Positions 12,960 through 26,380 are shown, counted from the stretch's first letter. The stretch: 64,000 bases of DNA from the human T2T-CHM13v2.0 reference genome, Homo sapiens (GCF_009914755.1 NC_060931.1); one strand, 5' to 3'. Notes: generated by a model not told the origin, from the letters alone. Program-made: numbers and translations.

Positions 12960-14740
12960 TGTAGTTTTCTATCAAAATTATGATCAGGTAAGGAAGTACT
13001 AGAAGGTGTTCCACTAGATTTAAAACTTAGCTTAACAGCAATTCAATCTTCCTCTGGTAATTAATATCGATTAACGTATCCTTCCACAAAAAGTGAACCA
13101 CTGAATTTGCAGCCCCAAATCCTGCCCACTGAGCAGACTTCTTTCTACCTTGGGGTGGGGTTGAAAGCGTGGCTGCTGGCCTGGCTGCCTTCCAGCATGG
13201 GGAAACAGCTCCGTGCCTTTCCCCCCGCTAATGCCTGCTGTAGGGAACACCGTTGAGGACACAGAGTGGGTGCTCCATGGGGTAGCAAAGCAGAGAAGCA
13301 GGACGCTGGGGTGCCTCCTGCCTCCTCATGCAGATTATTCCTTCTTTAGGGCCTGCCTGGGACTGCTCTCAGATACATGCCTTTTAAATATGATGTCATA
13401 GGGCGTGCTGCTCTGAACATCCACTTGTGCAGTTTGTCACTTCAGCCACACCCATTGTATGGCAGACAGTTGGGGTCCTGCAGTGTTTTGGGGTCTACGG
13501 TCAGTCTCTACCAAGGCCCAGTTACAAGTAAGGAGCTGGTTTTCAATTAGAGAACTTCTGGCAACATAGAACGCCAGAGCCTGACTCCATAATCCTTGTG
13601 CTTTGCCCTTTCTCCTGTTGCCATTTTTCAGACACCAAATAGCATTTTGTGTCTGCTCCAGACACTGCTAAGACTAACAGTCCTGCCAGGTCCCAAGGCC
13701 TAAGTCCCAGGGCACGTTGCACAGCTGCCTAGAAGTTCTTTGGTGCTGTTCCTTTTCTCATTCAAAACCACCAGGCTACTGCTTCCCAGGGCAAGTGAGT
13801 GGAAGAAACACACCCCAAACTCTCCCCAAGTTTGCTGCATCTTTATATTTTGTGGAGGATACAAGGTAAAGTCACCCACCTCCCATTTGGTTAGAATAGA
13901 TATCCTAATACACTATCCCTCTAGAAATGTCACAGTATGACAAACCCTAAAATTTTGTAGAGTTAATCTCACACCTCTGGCAGGCTTATTACAGTATCTG
14001 GTGCTTATTACTTCCTATTCACTGGATCAAGGTAGAATAATGTCTACAATATAGTAAGCCAGAAATAAATGATATGGGATGTGAAGCTAACCAAAGTCCC
14101 TCTGAACTATATTTTAGGAACCAGCAGGATAGTGGTTACAGTCTTGAAGCAAAACAATGAAGCTACATTTTTGTCCCTGCTATGTAATTGAAACTTGCTT
14201 TTGAATTCCCTTCCTGACAAGACTTTCTAGGCCAATAGCCCTGCCAAGTGTGTGTGTGCATGATGGGGGCGGATTGTTGGTTTCTCCAGTAAACATATCC
14301 AATAAGACCGCCTTCATGATCATCAGTCCCTGGTTCAGTTTATGACCATCCACAGCCATACTTCACCACACACCTCGGGTTTATAGTGGTTAATCCAGTA
14401 AATGAGGATGTGGCGGGAATGAGTCTTTAAGGCAACACTAATTTCTGGACATTCTCCAGGGATGTAATTTTGCTTTTGCTTTCTTATTGTGATATGGCAG
14501 AGGGCTTCCATTTAGTTTTCCTTATCACAACAACCTTCATCCCCAGGGCCAGAGAGCTGATATGGGAATTCTGCAACCTGGGACTGAGAAAACAACCACA
14601 GTATGAACCCATGCTCCAACTGGGACACATAGTTAGACAGACTGGGGCCAAGGCCTTATTCTGACTAGTGAGCCATTTTTGCATTGCAGATCTCTGAAAG
14701 CCATAAGCTCATGTGAAGCCGCCCTCTAACAGGCTGATGA
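12960..14740 (-). pseudogene. Fossil ERVL-class endogenous retrovirus pro-pol (protease, RT, RNase H, dUTPase-region fragments), heavily disrupted
   Basis: Hand translation of the minus strand gives LQNSHISSLALGMKVVVIRKTKWKP, KQKQNYIPGECPEISVALK (14425-14481), MAVDGHKLNQ (14330-14359), LAYYIVDIIL (YIDD site, 14042-14053), ENQLLTCNWALVETDR (13497-13544) and KSAQWAGFGAANSVVHFLWKD (13078-13140), collinear with recalled ERVL Pol motifs. Confidence 0.85.
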
Positions 14741-14789
14741 TTATTTTCATTTAAAGAGAGATCATCATTACTTTGTCATTGCCGCAGAA

Positions 14790-14969
14790 CTGGAGACGCC
14801 AGAGAAAATACAAGATGCTTGTTACATTTGGACTTTAGATGAATAACAAATGTTTTTCAGTTACATATTGCATTAAACATACTGATATCAAAATGCTATT
14901 TGTTGTTTACCTAAAATTCAGATTTTTCTGGACATCTTGTGCCTATTCCTCCTAAATCTGGCAATTCTG
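14790..14969 (+). mobile_element. MER53 palindromic hAT MITE
   Basis: gccagagaaaatacaagatg...tttagatgaataacaaat / atttgttgtttacctaaaattc...ctaaatctggcaa self-complementary layout. Confidence 0.8.
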
Positions 14970-15151
14970 CAGAGGGCTGGGCTTCTTCCAAAGATGTCCT
15001 TCCTGTGTCCCTTATCTCACAGCATTTCCATCTGAACAGTGCCACCCATCCTTTTGGGGATTTGGTCAAAACATTCATGGGAATAAGTTTAAAGACATCA
15101 TCAGAAATTCATCCACGGTGTGGCACAGTCCTCTACTATTACCTTACCACA

Positions 15152-15322
15152 GAGATAATTGAATCATAGGGGTGGGTCTTTCCTGGGCTGTTCTTGTGGT
15201 AGTGAATAAGTCTCACGAGATCTGATAGTTTTCAAAACAAGAGTTTCCCTGCACAAGCTCTCTCTTCTCTTGTTTGCCACCATGTGAGATGTGCCTTTCA
15301 CCTTCCGCCATGATTGTGAGGC
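15152..15322 (+). mobile_element. THE1B LTR internal fragment (both ends missing)
   Basis: gagtttccctgcacaagctctc...gtgcctttcaccttccgccatgattgtgaggc. Confidence 0.85.
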
Positions 15323-15654
15323 ATGCTTTACCCCAGGTGAAGAAAGTAGGAGTTGGAGAGGAATGTATAGACAGGCCCCAGGTAAAATCAGTTTTGTGTG
15401 GTCAGTTTGCACTGAGTTCAGCATGTACCCTCAGTTTTCACATGTTTCTGAGATGTCACTATTTTCCTTCTGAAAAACTGCATGTGAAGATAATAAACGA
15501 GTCATGATTATTCCACTGGAATTTAGATATAATGTGAAGACAGTATAGACCTAGTTCTATCTTCAATATTCAGCTCATCAGATGCTTCACTGTAGTCTCC
15601 ATGGAAAATATAGGTTACTTTTTTTTGTATAATTTGTATGTAAAGGAACATATT

Positions 15655-16008
15655 TGTATTAGTTTGTTTTCACGCTGCTGACAAATCATACCTGAGATGG
15701 GCAATTTACAAAAGAAATAGGTTTATTGGACTTAGAGTTCCACATGGCAGGGGAGGCCCCATAATCATGGCGGAAGGTGAAAGGCACATCTCAAATGGGG
15801 GCAAACAAGAGAAAAGAGTGCATGCAGGGAAACTCCCATTTTTAAAACTATCAGATCTCATAAGACTTACTCACTACCAAGAGAATAGCATGGGAAAGAC
15901 CCTTCCCCATGATTCAATTATCTCCCAGCAGGTCACTCCAACAACATGTGGGAATTATGGGAGCTATAAGATAAGATTTGGGTGGGGACACAGAGCCAAA
16001 CTATATCA
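15655..16008 (-). mobile_element. THE1B solo LTR
   Basis: tgtattagtttgttttcacgctgct ... ggggacacagagccaaactatatca; TSD ata[t/g]t. Confidence 0.9.
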
Positions 16009-16109
16009 ATAGTAGAATGTACTTGATTCAATTTAGGAATCCCAGTCAATGCTACAATTTCTAAATATAACTTATTTTATTTCCTTGGTTTTGCTTTTGT
16101 GTTATAAGT

Positions 16110-16345
16110 TGAAGGAGTGCTATATTATTGGGAAAAGCTTGACTTTGGAATTAGAAAATGATGGGTTCTAATTAATATTCAAGGGAAATCACCATCACAC
16201 TGCAAGTTTCAAGTTGCCATTAGTCAAATGGAAATAAAGTGACCACATATAGCTGTAGAATAATTACATAAACAACATTTGAATAATAATTAGCAGACCA
16301 AAATGACCAATATCTCATTATTGTCATTATTATTATCATTACTAA
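16110..16345 (+). mobile_element. MIR relic
   Basis: gactttggaattaga...gggttc, caaatggaaataa, (att)n-like tail. Confidence 0.5.
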
Positions 16346-16915
16346 CAGGACTCCTTTTTCCTATACAAGTTGTAAATAAATAGAGAAATAAGTCAAGTGA
16401 GTGGTAAGGGAAATGAACATACCCCCACTGGTATTGTTAGGGTTGTGTTAATATTATTAAGGATGTGCCAATTCAGTGCATATGGCAGATTCTGGCATGA
16501 GGAGCAGAGGGCACTTGCTCCCAAAAATGCTGCTTTCCCCTAGGGAATAAAGGGAGACCCAGTGTATCCAGGTTTTTCTTCTAAAGTCTACCAGTGAGTT
16601 TCACAGTTGCACAAGTGAAGGGTAGAGAACAAGTGATAGTGTTTCCCCGACCATAGACTTCCCCCTAGATTCTTTTTACCCATTTCTCCCCTGGTCAGCC
16701 TGGGAAGCTGAGGTGAATGAACTGAAGGCTGTCTCTCTTCCTCATTGAGTTTAGCCAATGGCAAGCTCTACCAGGAATTTAAGGAGGGAGTAGAGAGATG
16801 CCAGAGTATTCATAAGCCTGGCTTCCTCCTGAGGAGGTTACCTGAGTCCCTTCACCTGGGCTATCTGAGACAGAAAGTCACTGCTCTTCTTTAGGAAGAG
16901 ATTCATTATCAGCAC

Positions 16916-17630
16916 TGTATTAGTCAGGGTCTCCAGAAAGACAGAAGAAATAGGTACACACACATACACACAAGTATGTACATATATATTTACCATATAT
17001 AATATGGTATGTACAATGTATATATTGTTGTTATATATAAAATGTAAAATGTAATAAAATATAAAAGTATGTGCTATATTATATAAAATTGCATATATTA
17101 TATAATTGATAATATATAATATATTAATATTTTATATATCATTGTGTTTATATATAATTTAATCTTATTAATATATTATGTTGTCTTATATATAATATAT
17201 TAATATATAACACACTATATAATGATATAGATATTATAGTGTATATTATATAAACAGAGAGAGAGGAGGAAGAGAGAGACTAATTCATTGTAAGGAATTG
17301 GTTTATGTGAATGTGGGGGCATTCGGGTCTGAAATCTGCAGGGCAGGCTGGCAGGCTGGTGGCCTAGGGAGACTTGATCTTGCAGTCTCACATCTGAAGG
17401 CTATGTGGAGGCAGAATTTCTTCTGCCTTGGGGAGCCTCAGTCTTTACTTTTAAGGCCTTCAGCTGATTGGAGGAGCACCCACATTATGAAGGGTCATCT
17501 GCTTTACCCAAAGCTACTGCTTTAAATGTTAATTTCATCTGAACAACACCTTCATAGTGACATTTGGACTGGTGTCTGATAAAAAACTGGGTACCATGGC
17601 CCAGCGCAGTTGACACATAAAATTAATCAT
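16916..17630 (-). mobile_element. MLT2 (MLT2D/B-like) ERVL LTR
   Basis: tgtattagtcagggtctccaga start; ccttcagctgattgga; gttgacacataaaattaatcat end; internal microsatellite typical of MLT2. Confidence 0.85.
16975..17252. repeat. AT-rich (TA)n-derived low-complexity tract inside MLT2
   Basis: Nearly pure A/T degenerate TATA repeats. Confidence 0.9.
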
Positions 17631-17851
17631 AGCAGTGGCTCTCTGCTGGGTTCCAGCAGCTGCTCCATTCCATCATCTCTCTGGTCTCAGGTGTGACTAC
17701 AGCTAGGCCACTATGAGTTCCAGGTTGTTGCACTATCATTGTGTACTCTGTACTCCAGGATTTGTAGGGAGTCTCTTCATATGCAAACACTCCTCAAAGT
17801 ATTATATTTTTCATATACCGTATGCTTTGTCTTGAGCCTTTCACTAATATA

Positions 17852-18130
17852 ATAATTGCTATGAGAGAGTATCCCACAATATGAATGCTCAAAATGAAAT
17901 TCTGAGATCATATGTAATCACATATAATCAAAGAACATATTATATGGTCCTATATGGGGAATCATCTTGAGGGAGGATGGAAAATGGGTAAATGATGCTA
18001 TGTGATGGCTGCAGTTTAATTATCACGCTGGTGGCATGGGAAGCAGGTCAGGTGGAGGTCGAGGTGACAGTTCCAATGGCTGAGATATTTAACTGCTGAG
18101 GACAAACCAGAGAGCAATACATGGAGAAAA
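17852..18130 (+). mobile_element. ERVL-class internal 5' leader / gag start
   Basis: ataattg...ctcaaaatgaaattctgagatc follows the LTR end; VAWEAGQVEVE resembles recalled ERVL Gag N-terminus. Confidence 0.5.
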
Positions 18131-21100
18131 GGCAAAATGGAAAACTGATCATGGACTGCAGCTTCTCATCCTAATGTTGCTCAGGCAGATGCATCTGAGT
18201 AACAAACCAGGAGCTGATTGTAAGGATCTGTTTTTACCTTTCCTCAGAAAATTTATTCCAAATTTTAGAAAATTAATTTCAAACAGATTTAAAACATATG
18301 TGAATAAAAGAAAAAATGCACTAAAGGGGCCACAATGAGCCGTCAGAGCCATGCAAGGCAAAATTACCAAACAAATCTACTGGAACGAACCTGTCAGAAA
18401 CAGGGCAAGTTCCATTCTGTAGAGTCACGGATGCCTTTTATTCTTAATTAACTCAGACTCCTGCTTTAGAGTAGATCTCTGTGGATGTTGAAGGCTTGCA
18501 AAAGAATACCTCTGCCTGTAAATTTGCTCGCGTAGACTCCATGTAAGAAGGCAGAGCCAGCCAAATACATAGGCTTCCTCTGAGAGCTTGCTATGAGACC
18601 GTGACAGGGTAGGAGAACAGTGTCTGAGCCCCTCTCCTGTCAATTACAAACCTCTCCAACTGGTGTGCACATGGAGCCCTGATACCTGCTCTGTTTCAGA
18701 TACAAAGAAAATGGTGTGTCTCTAGTGTAAGGGATTCTCAGGAAGGTGAACATTTTGGCTCTTTTCATTTTGTTTTCACCACCCACCCCTCAAAAACAAA
18801 ACAAAATAAAAGTGACCATGAGTCATAATATGATTAAAGGAGAGAGCAGTTTTATTCTTAAGATGTAATTTAATGCTTTGTTAGGATCCAAAAATATAAT
18901 TTAGCTGATGAGACCTAGAATTCAAAATGCATTAGAAAAACAAATCATAAATCACAGAATAGCAAGAGACGAAAATTGATTATCAATCTGCTGTTGAACA
19001 TATCAAGCAAACTCCCTTAAAAGGAGTCTTTAAAGTTGCAATGGAAACAATTTTGATTAATGCATTATGTTCACCACCCCCAATTTTAAGGATTGACAGG
19101 AATGACTGCCTTCTTCATAAATGAAGAAACTTGAGGAGAGAATAGAAGCAAAATGCAAAGGCCTTTCAAAAGGATGGGTTTCTTAATTTTCTTGTCAACC
19201 TAACTGCTGGTAACTCGGATGAAAAGAAAGGTTAATCTTATAATCCCAGGGTTTATGCATGTGGTTGCAGAGGTGGACGTGTAACTGACAAGAATGTACC
19301 AGGCATGGCCCAGCCTTTCCTCCAAGCACAGGGCTCACTGTGTATTTCAATGTCCATTGTTTGATTTTCTTGTCATTATTGCTTTACCTTATGAAAAATG
19401 CCACTTGAGTCATTTTAAATACCTTAAGGTCATAAATCTCCCTTCATTTTAATTAGAACATTTGCAAAAGAGCAGGGGTCACACTTTAAAGCTTTGTACC
19501 ATCTTCTGGAGGACATGTCACTGGTTACTCTTAGGATTGGGAAGTTGAGATCTTTATAACCCAAGATAGTTATCTCTTTTTCTGGACTCACTTGCTTGCA
19601 GCTATTTTCTAGAATACTGGCATCCAAAGATGAACAACACACGTCAGAACATTAGCAATATTGATAAAAATAACATGATACGTAATCTATCTTCTAAAAC
19701 AATTTTGCTGCATTAAGACTATCGTAAATTAACTTACTACATTGTAAGTGCTGTTGCTAGTACTTCTACCATGTTGTTGACTAATAGCCTCACACCAGGC
19801 ACCATTTTTAAGGATGGAGGATGCAATCCCAGGATATATTCTATAAATCCTCTCTATGTAACCTGTCACAGGTTGTTAAAATAATGCTATGTTTAATCAA
19901 CTAAATCTGACACCAAAAAGTAAGAGAGCTGCAACCTTCACTCATAAGACAACGCAGAGCAGGAAGAGAGGGTTTCTCTGTAATGTGCCAAAATTCATGA
20001 CATCAAATAATAATTGTGAAGAATGACAAATGGAAGATGCTGGGATTATGGGAAAAGTGAGGAAATTGCAGCAGGCTTGAGTACTGAGATTATAAATGGC
20101 ATCGGCGGCAGCCTTGCTAACAGCCTCTCCTTTTGTCTGGGGAAGCAAAGTCACAAACCAAGTTGTTCATAGCAATGACTGCCACTACTTTGCCATGTGT
20201 CCTTCCTGGAGGAAGCTCTGCACAATTCATTATGTCCCATGGGTTAGTTCATTCTCATTATGTGGTTTCTCTCAGATTTGCCATCATTTACTTGCCAGCT
20301 CTCTATCCTGTTATTAAATGTAGAAGAGACGAGAATGATTTCTTTCCATACGACCAACTCAAGGTCTTGAAGCATTTGTTTAGGCTACAGTATATAATTG
20401 GCTAAATATTCTCCCCTAAAATATAGAAAGGACTTTAATTTTAACCAATTTGTCAAGTGTCATGAATTTTTTAAAAGACTATATTTAGTGTGAAAAGCCC
20501 TCTGGCTCTTCTCAACCAGTGTCTGACAGTGGAGAGAAGCAAATGCAATATTAGAAAACCCAGTGGGATCGCCAGAAAATGTCTAGGAGAAGACTCCTAA
20601 ATGTGGAAGGAAACAATTTAGGATTTGCAGTCATTTTAATGTCATTACGGGGCATTGCAGCTGTTGTGATCCATTTACGAGGAACATCTGATGAGAGTGA
20701 AATGTCACATGTCACACTGCTGTGCCTCTCTCCCCTTGCATGCCAGAGAACATCACCCTAAACAGAAACATCACCCTGAAGAGAACGGCTGGGGATTTGG
20801 GTAATTGAGACTTGCTGACAGTCAAGGGCAGCTATCATCTCAGACAAGTACATTGCATTCGTATCGCTGGTGCCCAGCTCACAGTTTACCATTTCTTGCC
20901 CAGACTCCTACAATTGCTGCCTATCTATTAGCTTTACCTCCATACTGAAGTTCCTAGTTTTCCCTCCTTTACTTGTAACTATGTGCATTTCCTATATGTT
21001 TTCTTGCTCAATAAAAGTCCAATATGTTTTCTTGCTCAATATTTTGGGGGTCACAAGTAATTTAACACTTAATATTTTATTTAACTCTTAAAATGACCTT

Positions 21101-22847
21101 GAAAGATAATAGGTAAGTTATTTTCCCACCTGAAAAACTCATGTTCAGGAAGATAAATGCATATATTATTTTCCTCTAGACACAGAGCTGATCAATGATA
21201 AATACTTTTAAAATTTATTTTACTTTGCCATTTTTAAGATTGTAGGTGAAAGATAGTAAGCTATAGGGATAGGTTTAGATTTGTGAGTGGTAAAGTCGAC
21301 ACTGTTAGAAAACTGGGCATTTATCAGTTAAGGTAGTGCTTTGGAAAGTCAAGCTCTGTTGTTTGTATTCATTTATTTTTTAAGGATAGGAAAGATAGTG
21401 CAGCCTCCTTTGAAAATGGAGCAAAATCCTCTGAGACCGCGTATTTTCCAAAAAGCTGTAAAGGTATGGCTTGTGCCTGAATGGAGTCAATGACAAGGAG
21501 AACTATCCAAGCCGTGATTTTTTTTTTTTTTTTACTATCTTCTATTCTTCAGTGATTTTTAAAAATCGCCAATATTCAGACCCCGTCATAAATATCTTAT
21601 CTGGGAATTTCTCATAAGCATCAAAGAGAGCATGCTGTGATTCAGAAGAAAAATATAGGATGAGCCTTCAGAACTCCATTTTAGCTCATTAATTCCTAAA
21701 CCAGCTGGAAATGGTGTGAGTCCACCCTTCATTCAGTCTGCACAGGACCTGTTTCTTCTCTAAAGTCAGTTTCCTACCCAGCATGAGCCCTCCAGGGGAC
21801 TTATATTGATGCAGGCTGTGCCGCTTGGACCAACGAAGATAGAAGAGAGTAATGCAGGAGTGTGGCTCATTAGACTTTTATACCAGGAATCTCATCGGAA
21901 AGAAAGTCCAAGCCCCACACAAATCTCACTCATTCTCTGTTTCATTCCTTTCAGCCACATGGATTTTCATGAGTGCTAGCATGTCTTGGGCCTTGAGATC
22001 CAGGAGGCCAGGCTGGATGTGCACTAGCTCTCAAGCCTACCAATGCAGTCCTCTTGTCACTCTTTGTAGGCTGTTGGAGGGGAGAAGGCTCAGGATGCAT
22101 ACTGTCCATACTGTTATCTACTATGATCCCTATGACCTGGGCTAATAATCATCTGAACCAGCTCTTGAAATACACCCATACTAGCTCTGGTTATTGCAAT
22201 CACTAAATAGGTGCTGCCCAGGCCCTCGTTCTCCCTGCTGTCCTGGCTGACTCAATTCTGGTAAACCCCAACTGGGCGTGGCTGGGAGCTGCTTGGATGG
22301 CCTCCACCCTGCCAGCCAACTTGCTGGCCCACCAACTGGCTTGATGCCATTTTCATTAGCTGTCCCTGTCCCCACATGTGCCCAAAGGCATAGGAAGCCT
22401 GAACATGGGTATGGGCTAACAGCCCGTCTCTTGTAGTAGAATCTCAGTGGCAAATGTTCTGGGTTCTTTGGTGATCACCTGATGCTGGAAGCTTCTCCTC
22501 TGATTCTCCCCTGGCACACTGAGATTTCTTCTATTTCCCAAACTGCAAGAGGCCACCTAAATTAACCAAACTTGATGTCTAGGCTTTTAAAACAAAAGCA
22601 CTGGCAATACTAGCAGAAGTGGAAGAAAAAAGGCCTCCTTTATCTTTCTCCTGCCACCTATAATTCCAGATGAGTGACTTTTTATGGACCAGACCCCACA
22701 GGTGTGATAACTCTTGGCCCAAAGAGAGTGACGTAAAAGAATAAACTATTCTTAGCTGGAGTCTTTGCTGCTGGCCTGTGAGGGGACTCATGGTTATTTG
22801 CCCAATGAAATATTGGTGATCAGTAGACACTTGTGAACATTTTGTGG

Positions 22848-23040
22848 ATATATATATATGTATAGACACACATATACACATATACACATATATTTATCAG
22901 TGTTGAGATTTAACCAATTTATACATATATGTATACATTTATACATATATATGTTTACATGTACAAATTTTATACATATACATATACAAATATGTATGTA
23001 TAAATGTATACATATACATATATGTATGTATAAATTGGTT
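22848..23040. repeat. (TA)/(CATA)/(TATG) low-complexity tract
   Basis: Directly visible. Confidence 0.9.
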
Positions 23041-23119
23041 GTCTCATCAACACTGCTAAGGTGATGCTTACCTTGAAACATCTGAATGCAATACGTGAAA
23101 TCGAGTCTATTCTATTCAA

Positions 23120-24690
<1,571 letters not shown>

Positions 24691-25318
24691 CACATCTAAT
24701 TGATAATACTAAACACCAACAAACCAAACAAAACACAGCAAAACAAAACCCCAAATCTACAAATAATAAATATTGTGAAGCTCATACGAAAGGTGAACAA
24801 TTATTAAAGCTTTGTATTTCATGACAAAGGAATTACTTAACAGGAACCTTATTTAGGAAAGCCTGCATAACTCCAAGTTGCTCCTGGCATCAGTATGCAC
24901 GGTCCTTTGCCTTTACAATCTCTCCAAAGGCCAGTTCTGACTGTCACTTAGCGACAGGAGCTCATGGGGTGCACTTAGCTCTCAAGAAACTGCTAATGTT
25001 TGTCCACCATCATTTCACTGGAGTACGGGAAATGTGTTCTCTGAGAGCTCTGGAAACATCTGCCATAGTCTTGCTGTTTGTTGACCCCCACAGAGTGAGC
25101 CCCAGAGCCTCACTGAAGTTGTTCCTTTCTTCCTTCCCATGCAAGTGGGTTACAATCCAGCTTAGAATTATGGTGTGTTTTTCTCTCTAGCTAATTGAAG
25201 AGGGAGCTAGGCCCTGTAGTGCCTTGCCATGTCGTCTTTGGACAGAAGTAAACCACAGTCACCTTTTCTTCTCATGGTTTTCCCTCAGAGCAGATGAGTG
25301 AAAAGACATGATGTGTAT

Positions 25319-26380
25319 TGTGGTAGGCAGGCCCTACCCTGCTCCCAGAATCTCACTGCCTGTCATTTAGGCCTCTGTGTTCCTCTCCCACAGTGAATAG
25401 AGCTGAGCTGTGTAAGTTATAGAATATAGCAAAAACGACTGTTCAAGTTTTATTGTTGTCCATTTTTGCATAACAAATACAGATTATCTCCCTACTTTTG
25501 TAGGTCAGGGATCAAGAGTGTCTTAACTGGTTCTTATGGCTGAGTCCCTCAAAAAGCTGAAGTCGAGTTAAGACTTGACTGAGCTGGGAGGGTTCATTTC
25601 TAAGCTCACCCAGGCTTTGCTGTTAGTATTCATTATCTCACAAGCTGTTTGGCTGGGGCCAAATGTCTAAGGCGTCTGGCAGTTCTGTGTCCTGTTGTCC
25701 TCTCTACAGGGCAGCTAACAACATGGCAGTGTGTTTTATCAAAACAAGCAAGTGAGAAGGAGATGGAGGGGTAGAAAGAAAAAGGAGAAGAAAGAGGGAG
25801 AAACAGAGCAAAAGAGAAAGAGGAGAAAAAGGAGAAGGAAGTGAGCGAGAGAGAGAATGTATGTAATATGTAAGCAGGACACAAGACTATTTTGTAATCT
25901 AACCTAAGAAGTGGCATCCCATCATTCTAGTCTATCCACTAAAGCAAGTCACAAGGTCCAGTCCACACACGAGAAGGGATCACATCAGAGGTAAATACCA
26001 GCAGGTGATGATGATTAGGAGCCATTCGAAAAGCTGACAGCCATACAGGGTTACATAATAAAAGATATCTCAGCTTCCAGTTTTTCCTCTGGGAACCCCA
26101 AAGTGGCCGTTTGGAGATGCTCATTAGCAGGAACTAAGGCTTCCTGCAAAGCACTGACATTAACTTGCCAGGCCTATGAAAAAACTACCTTAGGAGTGGA
26201 TCCTCCAGCCCCAGTCAAACCTTCAATGACTGCTGGCTCCAGAGAATATCTTCATTGCAACCGCATGAGAGATAGTTAAGTCAGAGCCACCCAGCCAATC
26301 TGCTCCCAAATTTCTGATCCACAGAAACTGATTGAGTATTTTGCAGGTAGTTTGTTACACAGTGGTAGAGAGCTAATGTA
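25319..26380 (+). mobile_element. MLT1F/G-like LTR split by an antisense MLT1 (pieces 25319-~25445 and 26048-26380)
   Basis: tgtggtaggcag start; ggagtggatcctccagccccagtcaaaccttc; tttgttacacag...gctaatgta end. Confidence 0.75.
25450..26047 (-). mobile_element. MLT1F-like LTR nested in another MLT1
   Basis: ctctacagggcagctaacaacatggcag, aagcaagtcacaaggtccagtccacacac, internal GA-rich tract. Confidence 0.75.

Larger units (their letters stand above)
16630..17851 (+). mobile_element. LTR33-like ERVL LTR split by MLT2
   Basis: ttgagtttagccaatgg...caggaatttaaggagggagtagagag...gagtattcat; resumes gggttccagcagctgctcc...ttgcactatc...cactaatata. Confidence 0.6.
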
